DNA of 62,504 nucleotides from Candidatus Niyogibacteria bacterium CG10_big_fil_rev_8_21_14_0_10_46_36 (GTDB taxonomy: Bacteria; Patescibacteriota; Minisyncoccia; 1-14-0-10-42-19): assembly GCA_002772995.1 (NCBI GenBank), contig PFCO01000003.1, forward strand, positions 74,253 through 136,756, in the 5' to 3' direction. Below the pieces are notes generated by a model. That model made no database searches and had not been told where the DNA came from. It saw nothing but the letters and a program-made list of their open reading frames with translations. The position numbers were made by a program, and so were the translations under genes. This document shows positions 1 through 9,605 of this stretch, one piece after another. The stretch's first letter is position 1, and each line of letters starts with the position of its first letter.

Positions 1-2
1 GT

Positions 3-2084
3 TCGGCAACAGACAGTGTATTAGTAAATGTAGAGTCACAGATATTGCCGACGGTTGTTATTTCCGCCGCGCCATCCTCTATCATGGAGGGGAATAGCTC
101 GGTGCTTACCTGGTCATCCAATAATGCAACTTCATGTTCAGCAACAAACGGATGGAGCGGTTCTAAATCACTCTCCGGAAGCCAAACGGTGTTTCCTACA
201 AACACAACGACGTACACTATCACCTGTTCAAACAACGCAGGACAGGCATCTGACAGCGTAACGGTATTCGTAACCGAACCACAATCATTGCCGACGGTAT
301 CTATTTCAGCAAATCCAAACCAGGTAGCTGAAGGAAACCCAAGCGTACTTACCTGGACATCGTCTAATGCAACGACTTGTAACGCATCAGGCGCGTCAGG
401 CTGGAACGGCTCACGAAACACTTTCGGAAGCCAAGTTGTCTCACTTTTTCACACAACGACGTACACTATCACCTGTTCAAACAACGCAGGACAGGCATCT
501 GACAGCGTAACGGTAACGGTCACTTCAGTGGGTCCGACCGCCGACATTAAGGCAAATGGCAACGATTCATCAATTACTATTTCCGAGAATAGCTCAGCAA
601 CGATCAATTGGACATCTTCAAACGCTGCAAGCTGCTCTGTATCTCCAAACGGGTGGTTTGGCACTTCAGGCTCACAATCAACAGGCAACCTTTCAAACCA
701 GCAAACATACACGCTCACTTGTACGGGAGTAACTGGCGGCGTAGCAACAGACAGTGTAACAGTAAATGTGCAGAGAAATCTTCCTACGGTTTCTATTTCA
801 GCAAACCCGGGGGTTATCAACCAAGGAAACAGCTCGGTGCTTACCTGGTCATCCAATAATGCAACCTCATGTTCAGCAACAAACGGATGGAGCGGTTCTA
901 AATCACTCTCCGGAAGCCAAACGGTGTTTCCTACAAACACAACGACGTACACTATCACCTGTTACAATAATTCCGGTCAAGTATCCGATAGCGTGATTGT
1001 ATCAGTGCAGACTATAACGCCCACCGTAGACATTACTGCAGCCCCTATAACTATCAATCGTGGAGAAAGCACAGTTCTTGTATGGAGTTCGGCAAATGCA
1101 GATTACTGCAGTGCATCAAACGGATGGTCAGGGAGCAAATCAAAATCCGGCTCAGAGCTTGTATCGCCATCGTTTGAAACAACGTACACCGTTACTTGCA
1201 CAAAAGACGGGAAGTCAGCGACTGATTCAGTAACCGTATTCGTGGATAATACACAGCCCCCGATTACCGGCACCTTCAATGTAGCGTGTTCCGTAAGCAG
1301 CCCAACAATAACCATAGGGAACACTGTAACATTTGTTGCAGGGTACGCGGGAGGCGTTGCGCCGGTAACATTCCAATGGACCGGTGATGTAACCGGATTC
1401 ACCCAAAGCAGAAGCGTAACATTTGGAACGACCGGAACAAAATTTGCAACAGTTACCGCAACTGACGGACAAGGACGCAGCAATACTGCAAATTGTTCCG
1501 TGCAGGTAGTCCCGGTAACCGTTGTAAGCACTCCACCGACACAGCCTCCGACTGTTATTACTACGACAACCAATACACAGCCAACATCATGTTGCTGCTG
1601 CGGAGGTGTACCTACACAGATCCAATATGACTCGAGCGGCAACCCGATAAACATCGCGACAGCCGGACAAAACCGCACCCTCCTTGCATCACTATTCACT
1701 ACCCAAACCGGAGAGCCATCCACATTCCTCTATCTGCTTCTCTTCCTTTTGCTCGTTCTCGTAATTATCGCGATTATCCGCTATCTCCTTACCGACATAA
1801 GAACTAAGGAGCGTTATGGATACGGCTACGCGGAACAGCCGATGTATTATCCATATCCGCAGCCGCAGGAAAGAGGGCGCAGCTATCAAGGAGCAAAGCG
1901 CCAAGAACAGCGGCACAGCACCTATGAAGAGCAATTTGAGCCAAGCAATACGACTACAGCATACAACCCAGATGAACGGTTTGAACCAAAGCGTAGCCGC
2001 TCTCAGTACGACGAAAACGAACGATTTGAACCGAAACGAAGCAATTACAGCAACGCCCGAAATTCGTACGACTCTCGTTCATAA
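3..2084 (+). CDS. Large membrane-anchored surface protein with tandem Ser/Thr-rich Ig/PKD-like repeats (5'-truncated by window edge)
   Basis: Frame is open from base 3 (SATDSVLVNV matches the repeat consensus). About 80-aa repeats LTWSSxNAxSCxA...YTITC...DSVTVxV; C-terminal hydrophobic helix LYLLLFLLLVLVIIAIIRYLL; charged cytoplasmic tail. Confidence 0.8.
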   Translation, partial: SATDSVLVNVESQILPTVVISAAPSSIMEGNSSVLTWSSNNATSCSATNGWSGSKSLSGSQTVFPTNTTTYTITCSNNAGQASDSVTVFVTEPQSLPTVSISANPNQVAEGNPSVLTWTSSNATTCNASGASGWNGSRNTFGSQVVSLFHTTTYTITCSNNAGQASDSVTVTVTSVGPTADIKANGNDSSITISENSSATINWTSSNAASCSVSPNGWFGTSGSQSTGNLSNQQTYTLTCTGVTGGVATDSVTVNVQRNLPTVSISANPGVINQGNSSVLTWSSNNATSCSATNGWSGSKSLSGSQTVFPTNTTTYTITCYNNSGQVSDSVIVSVQTITPTVDITAAPITINRGESTVLVWSSANADYCSASNGWSGSKSKSGSELVSPSFETTYTVTCTKDGKSATDSVTVFVDNTQPPITGTFNVACSVSSPTITIGNTVTFVAGYAGGVAPVTFQWTGDVTGFTQSRSVTFGTTGTKFATVTATDGQGRSNTANCSVQVVPVTVVSTPPTQPPTVITTTTNTQPTSCCCCGGVPTQIQYDSSGNPINIATAGQNRTLLASLFTTQTGEPSTFLYLLLFLLLVLVIIAIIRYLLTDIRTKERYGYGYAEQPMYYPYPQPQERGRSYQGAKRQEQRHSTYEEQFEPSNTTTAYNPDERFEPKRSRSQYDENERFEPKRSNYSNARNSYDSRS
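96..963 (+). repeat. Near-identical intragenic direct repeats: 96-228 vs 831-963 (133 bp, 1 mismatch) and 202-266 vs 451-515 (65 bp, identical)
   Basis: Direct comparison of the sequence. Confidence 0.9.
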
Positions 2085-2089
2085 GCAAC

Positions 2090-2125
2090 AAAAAACAACC
2101 CCGTCCGACGCGGGGTTGTTTTTTT
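2090..2125. terminator. Bidirectional intrinsic terminator
   Basis: AAAAACAACCCCG-TCCGACG-CGGGGTTGTTTTT between convergent genes. Confidence 0.85.
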
Positions 2126-2134
2126 ACTTATACG

Positions 2135-2380
2135 TTAGCGCATTCTTCTGTCCAGCACTTCCCTGAATTTCTTTATATCGTCTTCGGACAAATTCAGTTT
2201 GTGTCTGTTTTTTTCTATGTGTTTTAGTGTCTGTTCCGCCTCGCGCTGAGTTATCTTCCCCTCATCTTTATCCCCCAAAAAAGCGGACTCCAGGATATTC
2301 CGTTTCTGTTGATCCAGTCCCTTGCTATATAAATCCTTGCCGACATGTTCTTCAAATTCTTTGCTGCTTATTCTTTTCAT
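2135..2380 (-). CDS. Hypothetical protein, 81 aa, charged and helical
   Basis: Clean ORF between two terminators; protein-like composition. Confidence 0.65.
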   Translation of the reverse strand: MKRISSKEFEEHVGKDLYSKGLDQQKRNILESAFLGDKDEGKITQREAEQTLKHIEKNRHKLNLSEDDIKKFREVLDRRMR

Positions 2381-2471
2381 ACATGTTTCGGACGATTAAT
2401 GATAATACTCCCATCATTATACCAATATGAAAAACCAATAGTAAAACCTCCCGAATAGGGAGGTTTTGTGT

Positions 2472-3839
2472 TTACATCAATTTTGAGGCAAGCTCTGCAA
2501 GACGCGACCGCTCGCCTTTTTGTAGGGCGACATGGCCAAAAATATCCTGCCCCTGCCATCGTGCAACGGTATACGCAAGGCCGTTTGAAATAGGATCAAG
2601 ATGCGGGTCGTCTATCTGGCTCACATCTCCGGCAAGAACAACTTTTGTGCCCTCTCCCATTCTGGTAATAACCGTTTTTACTTCTTGCGGCGTGAGGTTC
2701 TGCACATCGTCAATAATAACGAATTTACGATTAAAGCTCCGTCCGCGCAAGAATGTGATGGGAGAAATTTCTATCCGCTCGCTTTTCAAAAGCATACTCA
2801 ACCCCGCATTGGAGATGTCCTTGTCCTTGCTTCCGTTTTTCTTGAATACTGCCGACAGCTCTTTATCAGAACGCAATATCAAAGAAAGATTATCAAAGAT
2901 AGGCTGTTTCCATGGTTCAAATTTTTCATCAACTGTCCCCGGTAACGCCCCGAGCGATCTCCCAATTTCAATGTTTGGACGAAAAACCAATATCTGATCG
3001 TACAGGTCTCCTTTTACCTGTATAGCGCCCGCGAGTAAACTGATTAGGGTTTTGCCCGTGCCGGCATCGCCCGCTAATGTCACCAGATGCACTTCCGGCG
3101 CTGTAAGGAGGTGGTAGGCAAAAGCCTGTTCCTCATTGATGGGATGGATTGATGCAAATTCTCTGCGCTTATCTTTCGGAGGAATTTGGGGCTTATCTAC
3201 TCTATGAAACTTGCCATTCAAAAACCGCGCAAGCGCAAACCGCTCCGTATCGCGCAGCATAAAGCGACAGCATTCATTTGGGTAATATTCGCTTCCATAC
3301 AACTCCTTCCATTCGTCAACAACTATATTAAAATCCCTTAATAGCTTATCGAGAAACGCCCCATCTTCTATCTGAACTTCTTTCGGATGCTTATACAGAT
3401 CGGCAATAGAAGAAATAATCTTGTCACTTTTATAGTCTTCGGCGGCAATACCGCATGCCCTTGCCTTAATGCGCAAATTTGTATCTTTGCTCACCAATAT
3501 GACCGTATCGCCGGCATGCTCCTCCTGGACATACTTTGCGCACAAAATAATACGCAAATCATTGTTGCTCTCCATGCTTTTTGCGGCTTCTGCCTCTTTG
3601 GATGTACGGAACTCAATCCGCAATCTCCGGTCATGTTCCATCTTTTCTAGAAGCTTAGACGCTTTTCGCGAGTTAACTCCTCGGTATCCTTGCTCGTGCT
3701 TGAACCGGTCCAATTCGTCAACCACCCATGTAGGAATAACAATATCATGCCCATGCTCACTAAAATGTTCCAAGGCCTTGTGATCGTGAATCAACACGCT
3801 CGTGTCCAGCACAAATCTCTTATTCTGCTTCTGCTCCAC
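2472..3839 (-). CDS. PIN domain + PhoH-family ATPase (PhoH2/YlaK-like)
   Basis: PIN motifs VLDTSVL, NNDLRI, DTNL; Walker A GDAGTGKT; FLRGRSF; AGDVSQID; GTG start with AAGGAGG. Confidence 0.9.
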   Translation of the reverse strand: MEQKQNKRFVLDTSVLIHDHKALEHFSEHGHDIVIPTWVVDELDRFKHEQGYRGVNSRKASKLLEKMEHDRRLRIEFRTSKEAEAAKSMESNNDLRIILCAKYVQEEHAGDTVILVSKDTNLRIKARACGIAAEDYKSDKIISSIADLYKHPKEVQIEDGAFLDKLLRDFNIVVDEWKELYGSEYYPNECCRFMLRDTERFALARFLNGKFHRVDKPQIPPKDKRREFASIHPINEEQAFAYHLLTAPEVHLVTLAGDAGTGKTLISLLAGAIQVKGDLYDQILVFRPNIEIGRSLGALPGTVDEKFEPWKQPIFDNLSLILRSDKELSAVFKKNGSKDKDISNAGLSMLLKSERIEISPITFLRGRSFNRKFVIIDDVQNLTPQEVKTVITRMGEGTKVVLAGDVSQIDDPHLDPISNGLAYTVARWQGQDIFGHVALQKGERSRLAELASKLM

Positions 3840-3951
3840 GGCTAAGAGCCTCCTTTTAATGAACGAAATATACCCTTATTGTGCATGATTCTTTCAAAAA
3901 AACAAGCAATAAAAAAACCGCACCACGTACGCGGAACGGTTTCTTGTTTTT

Positions 3952-5118
3952 TTATTGGTGTTTCAGTTCTCGTGCAATGACTTTCTTTTGCATTTCCGAA
4001 CTGCCCTCATAAATAGTCGTGCTGAATGTCTCAAATACGCGTAAAAATATCCGTATATCCTTTGTCACCGCCATGCCGCCAAGATATCTGGCTGCACGCG
4101 TCGCAACAGCATACGCAGACTCCGTTGCCTGCAATTTTGCCGCAGATGCGATTGGCGTGATCGCTATATTTCCCTCATCGCGTATTGTAGACGCACTAAG
4201 AACAGTAAACCATGCCGAAAGGAGTGACGCGTGCCATTCAGCAAAATGAAATTGAACGGATTGGTTATCCCATATAGACTTGCCGAACTGACGCCTATCT
4301 TTGGTGTATACGAGCGCTTCATCAAATATTCTTCCCGCAATGCCTAGCGCCTGAGCTCCGATATTTATCCGTCCGCCATCAAGCGTGGCCATTGCTATCT
4401 TAAATCCCTTATTCTCCTCACCCAAAAGAGCGCTTTCGGGCAGAACAACATTATCGCACACTATCTCGCAAAAATCAGAACATGCAAGAATGTGTTTCTC
4501 TATTTTGTTGACCGTAACGCCCACTATATCAGCAAAGCCAGGCGTATGGCTCTCAATAATGAATGCTGAGATATCATGCCTCCCAGAGCCGGTGCGCGCA
4601 AATAAAACACCCACGGAAGCATTGTACGCATTCGTAATGAAAATCTTAGAACCGTTCAGCACCCATCCGCGTTTTTGTTTGGTTGCACGCATCCTGAGCG
4701 ATGCCGCATCCGAGCCTGCCTCAGCTTCCGTCAAACCAAAACATCCGAGCTTTTCTCCGCTTGCAAGAAGAGGCAAAATATTCTTTTTTTGAATCTCATT
4801 CCCCGCATACATAATAGGAAACGCAGCAAGAGAACTGTTTGCGGTCCAGATCAGATGGAGCCCTCCGGATACATAGGCAATCTTGCGCGCGATAAGCGAC
4901 GCTATCTTGCTGTTGAAGCCGCTCCCACCGTATGCTTCAGGTATCGTGACGCCAAAAAGCCCGATCTTCGCCATGATAGATACAAGCGCATGAGGAAACT
5001 CTGCGCGCTCTTCAAAGCCAGCGATAACAGGCATGGCCTCATCCCGTAAAAAAGCATCTACAGTATCAGAAATATTTTTTGCTTCGGAGTCAAACATGAC
5101 GTGGTCATACCATTCCAT
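3952..5118 (-). CDS. Acyl-CoA dehydrogenase (short/branched-chain type)
   Basis: CFGLTEAEAGSDA, LNGSKIFITNA, TLDGGRINIGAQALG, IYEGSSEMQ; start moved to MEWY, which follows GGAGG. Confidence 0.92.
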   Translation of the reverse strand: MEWYDHVMFDSEAKNISDTVDAFLRDEAMPVIAGFEERAEFPHALVSIMAKIGLFGVTIPEAYGGSGFNSKIASLIARKIAYVSGGLHLIWTANSSLAAFPIMYAGNEIQKKNILPLLASGEKLGCFGLTEAEAGSDAASLRMRATKQKRGWVLNGSKIFITNAYNASVGVLFARTGSGRHDISAFIIESHTPGFADIVGVTVNKIEKHILACSDFCEIVCDNVVLPESALLGEENKGFKIAMATLDGGRINIGAQALGIAGRIFDEALVYTKDRRQFGKSIWDNQSVQFHFAEWHASLLSAWFTVLSASTIRDEGNIAITPIASAAKLQATESAYAVATRAARYLGGMAVTKDIRIFLRVFETFSTTIYEGSSEMQKKVIARELKHQ

Positions 5119-5232
5119 CAACACATACCTCCATATGTAAATTGTCAAAATCAACTCACAGTACCACAAATATACAAAAAAGAAAAGCGCTCCACTTTAC
5201 GGGAGCGCCTTAGATAACACACAAAGGAAACA

Positions 5233-5355
5233 TTAATATTTAAAAATCTGACTTACTGAAAACAAGATAAGCGCTACTATCATACCTGCTATCGCGCAGC
5301 GAATAACCGTTCCGTCTTCCATCTTATATATCGGCCGTATTATTTTTTTAAGCAC
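5233..5355 (-). CDS. Small 40-aa membrane protein (not in ORF track)
   Basis: AAGGAGG-6nt-GTG; MLKKIIRPIYKMEDGTVIRCAIAGMIVALILFSVSQIFKY with one hydrophobic helix; terminator-like hairpin at about 5185-5210. Confidence 0.6.
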   Translation of the reverse strand: MLKKIIRPIYKMEDGTVIRCAIAGMIVALILFSVSQIFKY

Positions 5356-5396
5356 AATGTTCCTCCTTTTTTTCTTAACATTGTAGGGCAATTTTT

Positions 5397-6176
5397 CTAT
5401 TGACGCAAACCGTATCCTTTTCGGAAAAGATAATATACAAGCACCGTAAGACCCGCCATAAGTCCAATAATAATAACAGCTCCAATAATAGCGTGGGACT
5501 CCCGAACGCCTATCATGGAATAACGGATGCCATCGATAAAATAGAAGAACGGATTAAACCGCACGACATGCTGCATAAGTGGTGGCAGCATAGAAATGGA
5601 GTTAAATACACCCCCTAAAAAACTCAGGGGCATAATGACAAATATATTCAGAATGTTGAGGTGTTCAAAATTATCGGCCCACAATGCAACTATAAGTCCC
5701 ACCAAAGAAAATACGACAGAAACAGCTAATACATAAAAAATAAAAAGCCCTGCATGAGATATGTTTGCCGCATGAAAGAATATAGCAATAATAAATATGC
5801 CAAGCCCCACGATAACCCCCCGGAATATACCGCTTACTACATACCCGATAATCATTTCGGCATGCGAAAAAGGAGCTGCAAGTATCTCTTCAATGCTTCG
5901 GGTAAAACGCTGGATATAGAGCGTAAATGCAGTCTGTGAAAATGCGGAAGAGATAACATTCATCATTAAAATACCCGGCAACACAAACTCAATATAGGAT
6001 ATGCCCCCTATTACACTGATGCGCTGCCCGACAATAAAGCCGAAAATAAAAATATACAAAAGCGCGGATATCCACGGTGTCAAAAAAGCCTGCATCGCAA
6101 CGCGAAAAAACCGGTCAGTCTCGCGCCGTATCAGCATATACACACCCATCCAATTTACCTTCATACTACTTTGCAT
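5397..6176 (-). CDS. ABC-2 type transporter permease (YadH-like)
   Basis: Multiple TM helices, YIEFVLPGILMM, FLGGVF, NPFFYFIDGIRY. Confidence 0.9.
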   Translation of the reverse strand: MQSSMKVNWMGVYMLIRRETDRFFRVAMQAFLTPWISALLYIFIFGFIVGQRISVIGGISYIEFVLPGILMMNVISSAFSQTAFTLYIQRFTRSIEEILAAPFSHAEMIIGYVVSGIFRGVIVGLGIFIIAIFFHAANISHAGLFIFYVLAVSVVFSLVGLIVALWADNFEHLNILNIFVIMPLSFLGGVFNSISMLPPLMQHVVRFNPFFYFIDGIRYSMIGVRESHAIIGAVIIIGLMAGLTVLVYYLFRKGYGLRQ

Positions 6177-6897
6177 GATTGCCTGTTATTTCAAAATATT
6201 TTTCTTCTAATGTCTTGCCTCCGTCAAGAAAATCCTCCTTGTCTCCCAGCGCAACCATTTTCCCGCCGTAAATAATGCCTATGCGGCTGCATAGCTTTTC
6301 CACCTCCTCCAGATAATGCGATGTCAGTAAAATAGTTTTTCCGGCCCGATTAAGATCGCGCAGATATCGCCAAATATCGTGCCGCAATTCTACATCCACT
6401 CCTGCGGTGGGCTCATCTAAAATAATCAACTTTGGGTCGTGCACCAGTGCGCGACCCATCATCACTCGGCGCTTCAGCCCCCCTGAAAGCATCCGAAATT
6501 GTTTTTCTGCGTGTTCCTGAAGCTCAAATGTGTGGATGATGTGCGTAACCCGTTTTTTACGCTCATCTCCCCTCATTCCGTAATAGCCCGCCATGTAATC
6601 AAAAACATCTTTTACCTTCATAAAAAGGTCTATGGTAAATTCTTGCGGAGAAAGGCCTATCTGCAAACGCGCATCACGATATTGTTTTTTTACATCAAAT
6701 CCGAATACTGCGATATCGCCCTCAGAAAAATTACTCACCCCGGTAATACACTGGATAGTCGTTGTTTTGCCTGCGCCATTCGGACCTAAAAAACCGAAAA
6801 ACTCGCCTTCTTTTATAGAAAACGAAACGTCGTCCACCGCAAGCGTTTTGCCATACCCCTTGCGTAAATGATTTATAGATAATGCATCTTGTGTCAT
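6166..6897 (-). CDS. ABC transporter ATP-binding protein (YadG-like)
   Basis: GPNGAGKTT, LSGG, ILDEPTAGVD, TSH; start MTQD overlaps the upstream stop (ATGA). Confidence 0.92.
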   Translation of the reverse strand: MTQDALSINHLRKGYGKTLAVDDVSFSIKEGEFFGFLGPNGAGKTTTIQCITGVSNFSEGDIAVFGFDVKKQYRDARLQIGLSPQEFTIDLFMKVKDVFDYMAGYYGMRGDERKKRVTHIIHTFELQEHAEKQFRMLSGGLKRRVMMGRALVHDPKLIILDEPTAGVDVELRHDIWRYLRDLNRAGKTILLTSHYLEEVEKLCSRIGIIYGGKMVALGDKEDFLDGGKTLEEKYFEITGNHAK

Positions 6898-7169
6898 GGG
6901 TTTTTCTTTTCGTATATCCGCTTCCACCAATAGTGCCCCTGCCACCAGCCGAATACGATGCCGGCTACAAATAGAACGCCAGCGCCGATATGGTGTATCA
7001 AGAACCAAATCTCCCAGGAAAATCCCAGGCTAAAGCGCGGGAAGTCCCGAAGAAGAAGCGAGATGTACCACATCTCAACTCCCGCGTGTATCAGCAACTG
7101 AAGGAGACATCCGAGAACAACAAAAGATACAACATACAAGACCCGTTTTATTTGCATTCCTTGTATCAT
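6894..7169 (-). CDS. Small membrane protein
   Basis: Two to three hydrophobic segments; coupled to the ABC ATPase gene. Confidence 0.65.
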   Translation of the reverse strand: MIQGMQIKRVLYVVSFVVLGCLLQLLIHAGVEMWYISLLLRDFPRFSLGFSWEIWFLIHHIGAGVLFVAGIVFGWWQGHYWWKRIYEKKNP

Positions 7170-7217
7170 AGATAATTAAAAACGGCTCGCATAGAGCCGC
7201 TTTTAAACAAGAATCAA

Positions 7218-7445
7218 CTACGCCTGCGCTTGCGGGGCATTTCCCTTCCCCATGCAATGCCTGCAATCTTTCTTGTGGGTGACAAGAAGATATACCGCTG
7301 CAAGACCGACTAATATGTAAATAATTTTTGAAATAATTACATCAGACCCCCCGAAGATAGTCCCTATCTCCCAATCGAAAATTGCAAACACGAGCCAGTT
7401 AAGTCCCCCCACAACAAGAAGGATGAATGAGATTTTATGCAACAT
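7218..7445 (-). CDS. DUF378-family small membrane protein
   Basis: LLVVGGLNW...IIYILVGLAAVY pattern. Confidence 0.85.
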   Translation of the reverse strand: MLHKISFILLVVGGLNWLVFAIFDWEIGTIFGGSDVIISKIIYILVGLAAVYLLVTHKKDCRHCMGKGNAPQAQA

Positions 7446-7495
7446 GCTATTCGAAATATTGTCCCCGACCTTTTCTTATACTGCTGAATAAAAAA

Positions 7496-7990
7496 TTAAT
7501 TAATGGCGAGCATTTCTACCGTAAAAATAAGCGTGGAGTTAGGCGGTATCGCACCCGGGATGCCCCGCTCGCCGTATGCCAGCTCCGGCGGTATAACAAG
7601 TTTCCGCACCTCACCCACTTTCATACCTTCAACGCCCGCATCCCAGCCGGGGATAACTTCTCTCGCACCTAAAATAAACTTGAACGGCGTCCCTCTGTCT
7701 ACGCTTGAATCAAACTTTGTGTCGTTTTCAAGCCAGCCGGTGTAGTGTACCGTTACCACATCGCCTTTCTCCGCACCAATTCCGGTGCCCTCTTTAATAA
7801 TTGCAAATTGCATAGAAACTTCACGAGCTCCGTCTTCAGCAGATGTGTCGGGAGTCGTTTGTTGATTATTACTGGTATCTGTTACCCCGTTGGACGAATC
7901 GGGATTGTCTGCCTGCTGTGGCCCGCGCAACATGTACCATCCAAATGCAACGACGCACGCCGCAACAAGCACCGCAATAAAAATTTTCAT
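7496..7990 (-). CDS. FKBP-type peptidyl-prolyl isomerase with N-terminal anchor
   Basis: VHYTGWL, FDSSVDRG, VIPGWDAG, PPELAYG, IPPNSTLIF. Confidence 0.95.
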   Translation of the reverse strand: MKIFIAVLVAACVVAFGWYMLRGPQQADNPDSSNGVTDTSNNQQTTPDTSAEDGAREVSMQFAIIKEGTGIGAEKGDVVTVHYTGWLENDTKFDSSVDRGTPFKFILGAREVIPGWDAGVEGMKVGEVRKLVIPPELAYGERGIPGAIPPNSTLIFTVEMLAIN

Positions 7991-7996
7991 AGTGTA

Positions 7997-8236
7997 TTAT
8001 ATTCGTCGAATGATAAGATACAAGCCGAGCACAATGAACAATCCCGGCCAAAAAGAGACGCTAAACGATATCCATCCCATCTCCCGGGCAAGAAAAAAGA
8101 GCCCGAGCAAGAGAAAGAATATCCCCCACGAAAGACTGCCGCCCCGGCAACACCAACCGCTGCAGACTTCTCCGTCGTTATGTCGGTGATGAAATATCAT
8201 AGTCATATGATAATGCGAGAGCGCACTTTCTGGCAA
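7997..8236 (-). CDS. Small two-helix membrane protein (LiaF-TM/DUF5668-like); exact start uncertain
   Basis: WGIFFLLLGLFFLA...FWPGLFIVLGLYLI. Confidence 0.6.
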   Translation of the reverse strand: MPESALSHYHMTMIFHHRHNDGEVCSGWCCRGGSLSWGIFFLLLGLFFLAREMGWISFSVSFWPGLFIVLGLYLIIRRI

Positions 8237-8357
8237 GGATAGACATTAAACAACTGGCCATGTGATATTACATACAACATCACACAAAAACTCTGTTCAA
8301 GAGTGATTTTTTATTGTATACTAAAAACCATATCTGTTCTTTGCAAAGGAGATTCTA

Positions 8358-9443
8358 ATGAGAATCGGAGACAATATAACATTCGAAAAAAAAGCGGAAT
8401 TTAGCCGGGAGCTCACGCAAAACGTAGAAGACTATTTCAAAAGAACGGGAGAGAAAAAGAGGGATCATCCGCTCATGTTCCTGAAAGCGGCATTCATGCT
8501 TGCATGGTTCGGAGGCGCGTATTATTTACTCGTTTTTACGACACATACATGGATAGAAGCAATTCTATATACCCTTCTTCTTTCGTTTGCGGCCATAGGA
8601 ATAGGATTCAATGTCCAGCATGACGCAAACCACGGAGCGCTCTCAAGCCGAAAATGGGTTAATTATATCTTTGGCTATACACTTGATATTATCGGCGGCA
8701 GCTCATTCTTTTGGAGAAAGAGCCACAATATAGCCCATCATACATATACCAACATTCAGGGAGAAGATGACGATATTGATTTTGGCATACTTGCCCGCAT
8801 GGCTCCGGATCAGCCACGACGTCGGATGCATGCGTACCAGCATATCTATCTCTGGTTTTTATATGGATTGATATTTTTTAGATGGCATTTTGACTTTAAG
8901 GCATTTAAAAGAAGTTTGTTGCCGTCTTCAAACGGAACGCACATCAATCTTATGGACCGAGTTATGTTTTGGGCAGGCAAGATAATATTTTGGAATCTTG
9001 CGTTCATTATTCCAATGCTGTATCACTCATGGTGGACTGTGCTCGCCTGCTATGCGTTCGGCATATTCAGTATAGGATTTGTAGCGGCAATTATTTTTTC
9101 GCTCGCACACTCTATGAATGAAACGGAGCACCCGCTTCCTAACCCCGAAACACTGCGCATACCAAGCGAATGGATGGTCCACCAGCTCAAAACAACAGTT
9201 AATTTCTCGCCCAACAATCCGTTTTTAACATTTTATCTCGGAGGATTAAACTACCAGGTAGAGCATCATCTGTTCCATCGGATAAGCCACATTCATTACC
9301 CGCGTATCGCGCCCATCGTAGAAAAGACATGCAAAAAATTCGGTATTCGCTACCGCGTGAATAAAACATTCTGGAGCGCAATACACTCTCATTACCTATT
9401 CTTAAAACGAATGGGACAATCTCGGCATATGACATCGCATTAA
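8358..9443 (+). CDS. Membrane-bound acyl-CoA fatty acid desaturase (delta5/delta6-like family)
   Basis: Three His boxes HDANHG, HNIAHHTYTN, QVEHHLF; GGLNYQ; TM helices; AGGAG before ATG. Confidence 0.92.
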   Translation: MRIGDNITFEKKAEFSRELTQNVEDYFKRTGEKKRDHPLMFLKAAFMLAWFGGAYYLLVFTTHTWIEAILYTLLLSFAAIGIGFNVQHDANHGALSSRKWVNYIFGYTLDIIGGSSFFWRKSHNIAHHTYTNIQGEDDDIDFGILARMAPDQPRRRMHAYQHIYLWFLYGLIFFRWHFDFKAFKRSLLPSSNGTHINLMDRVMFWAGKIIFWNLAFIIPMLYHSWWTVLACYAFGIFSIGFVAAIIFSLAHSMNETEHPLPNPETLRIPSEWMVHQLKTTVNFSPNNPFLTFYLGGLNYQVEHHLFHRISHIHYPRIAPIVEKTCKKFGIRYRVNKTFWSAIHSHYLFLKRMGQSRHMTSH

Positions 9444-9605
9444 TGAACACATACCCGCATATTTATGCGGGTTTTCTATTGTGTACAAAAGCCTGGGATG
9501 ATGTATAATGGGCTAATTGCTGGACTTAACGAGTATGCCGGCACATACGACCTACTCTACAAGTTTGCTTACAGGTCATAATTATTAATCAAATCATACA
9601 TTACA

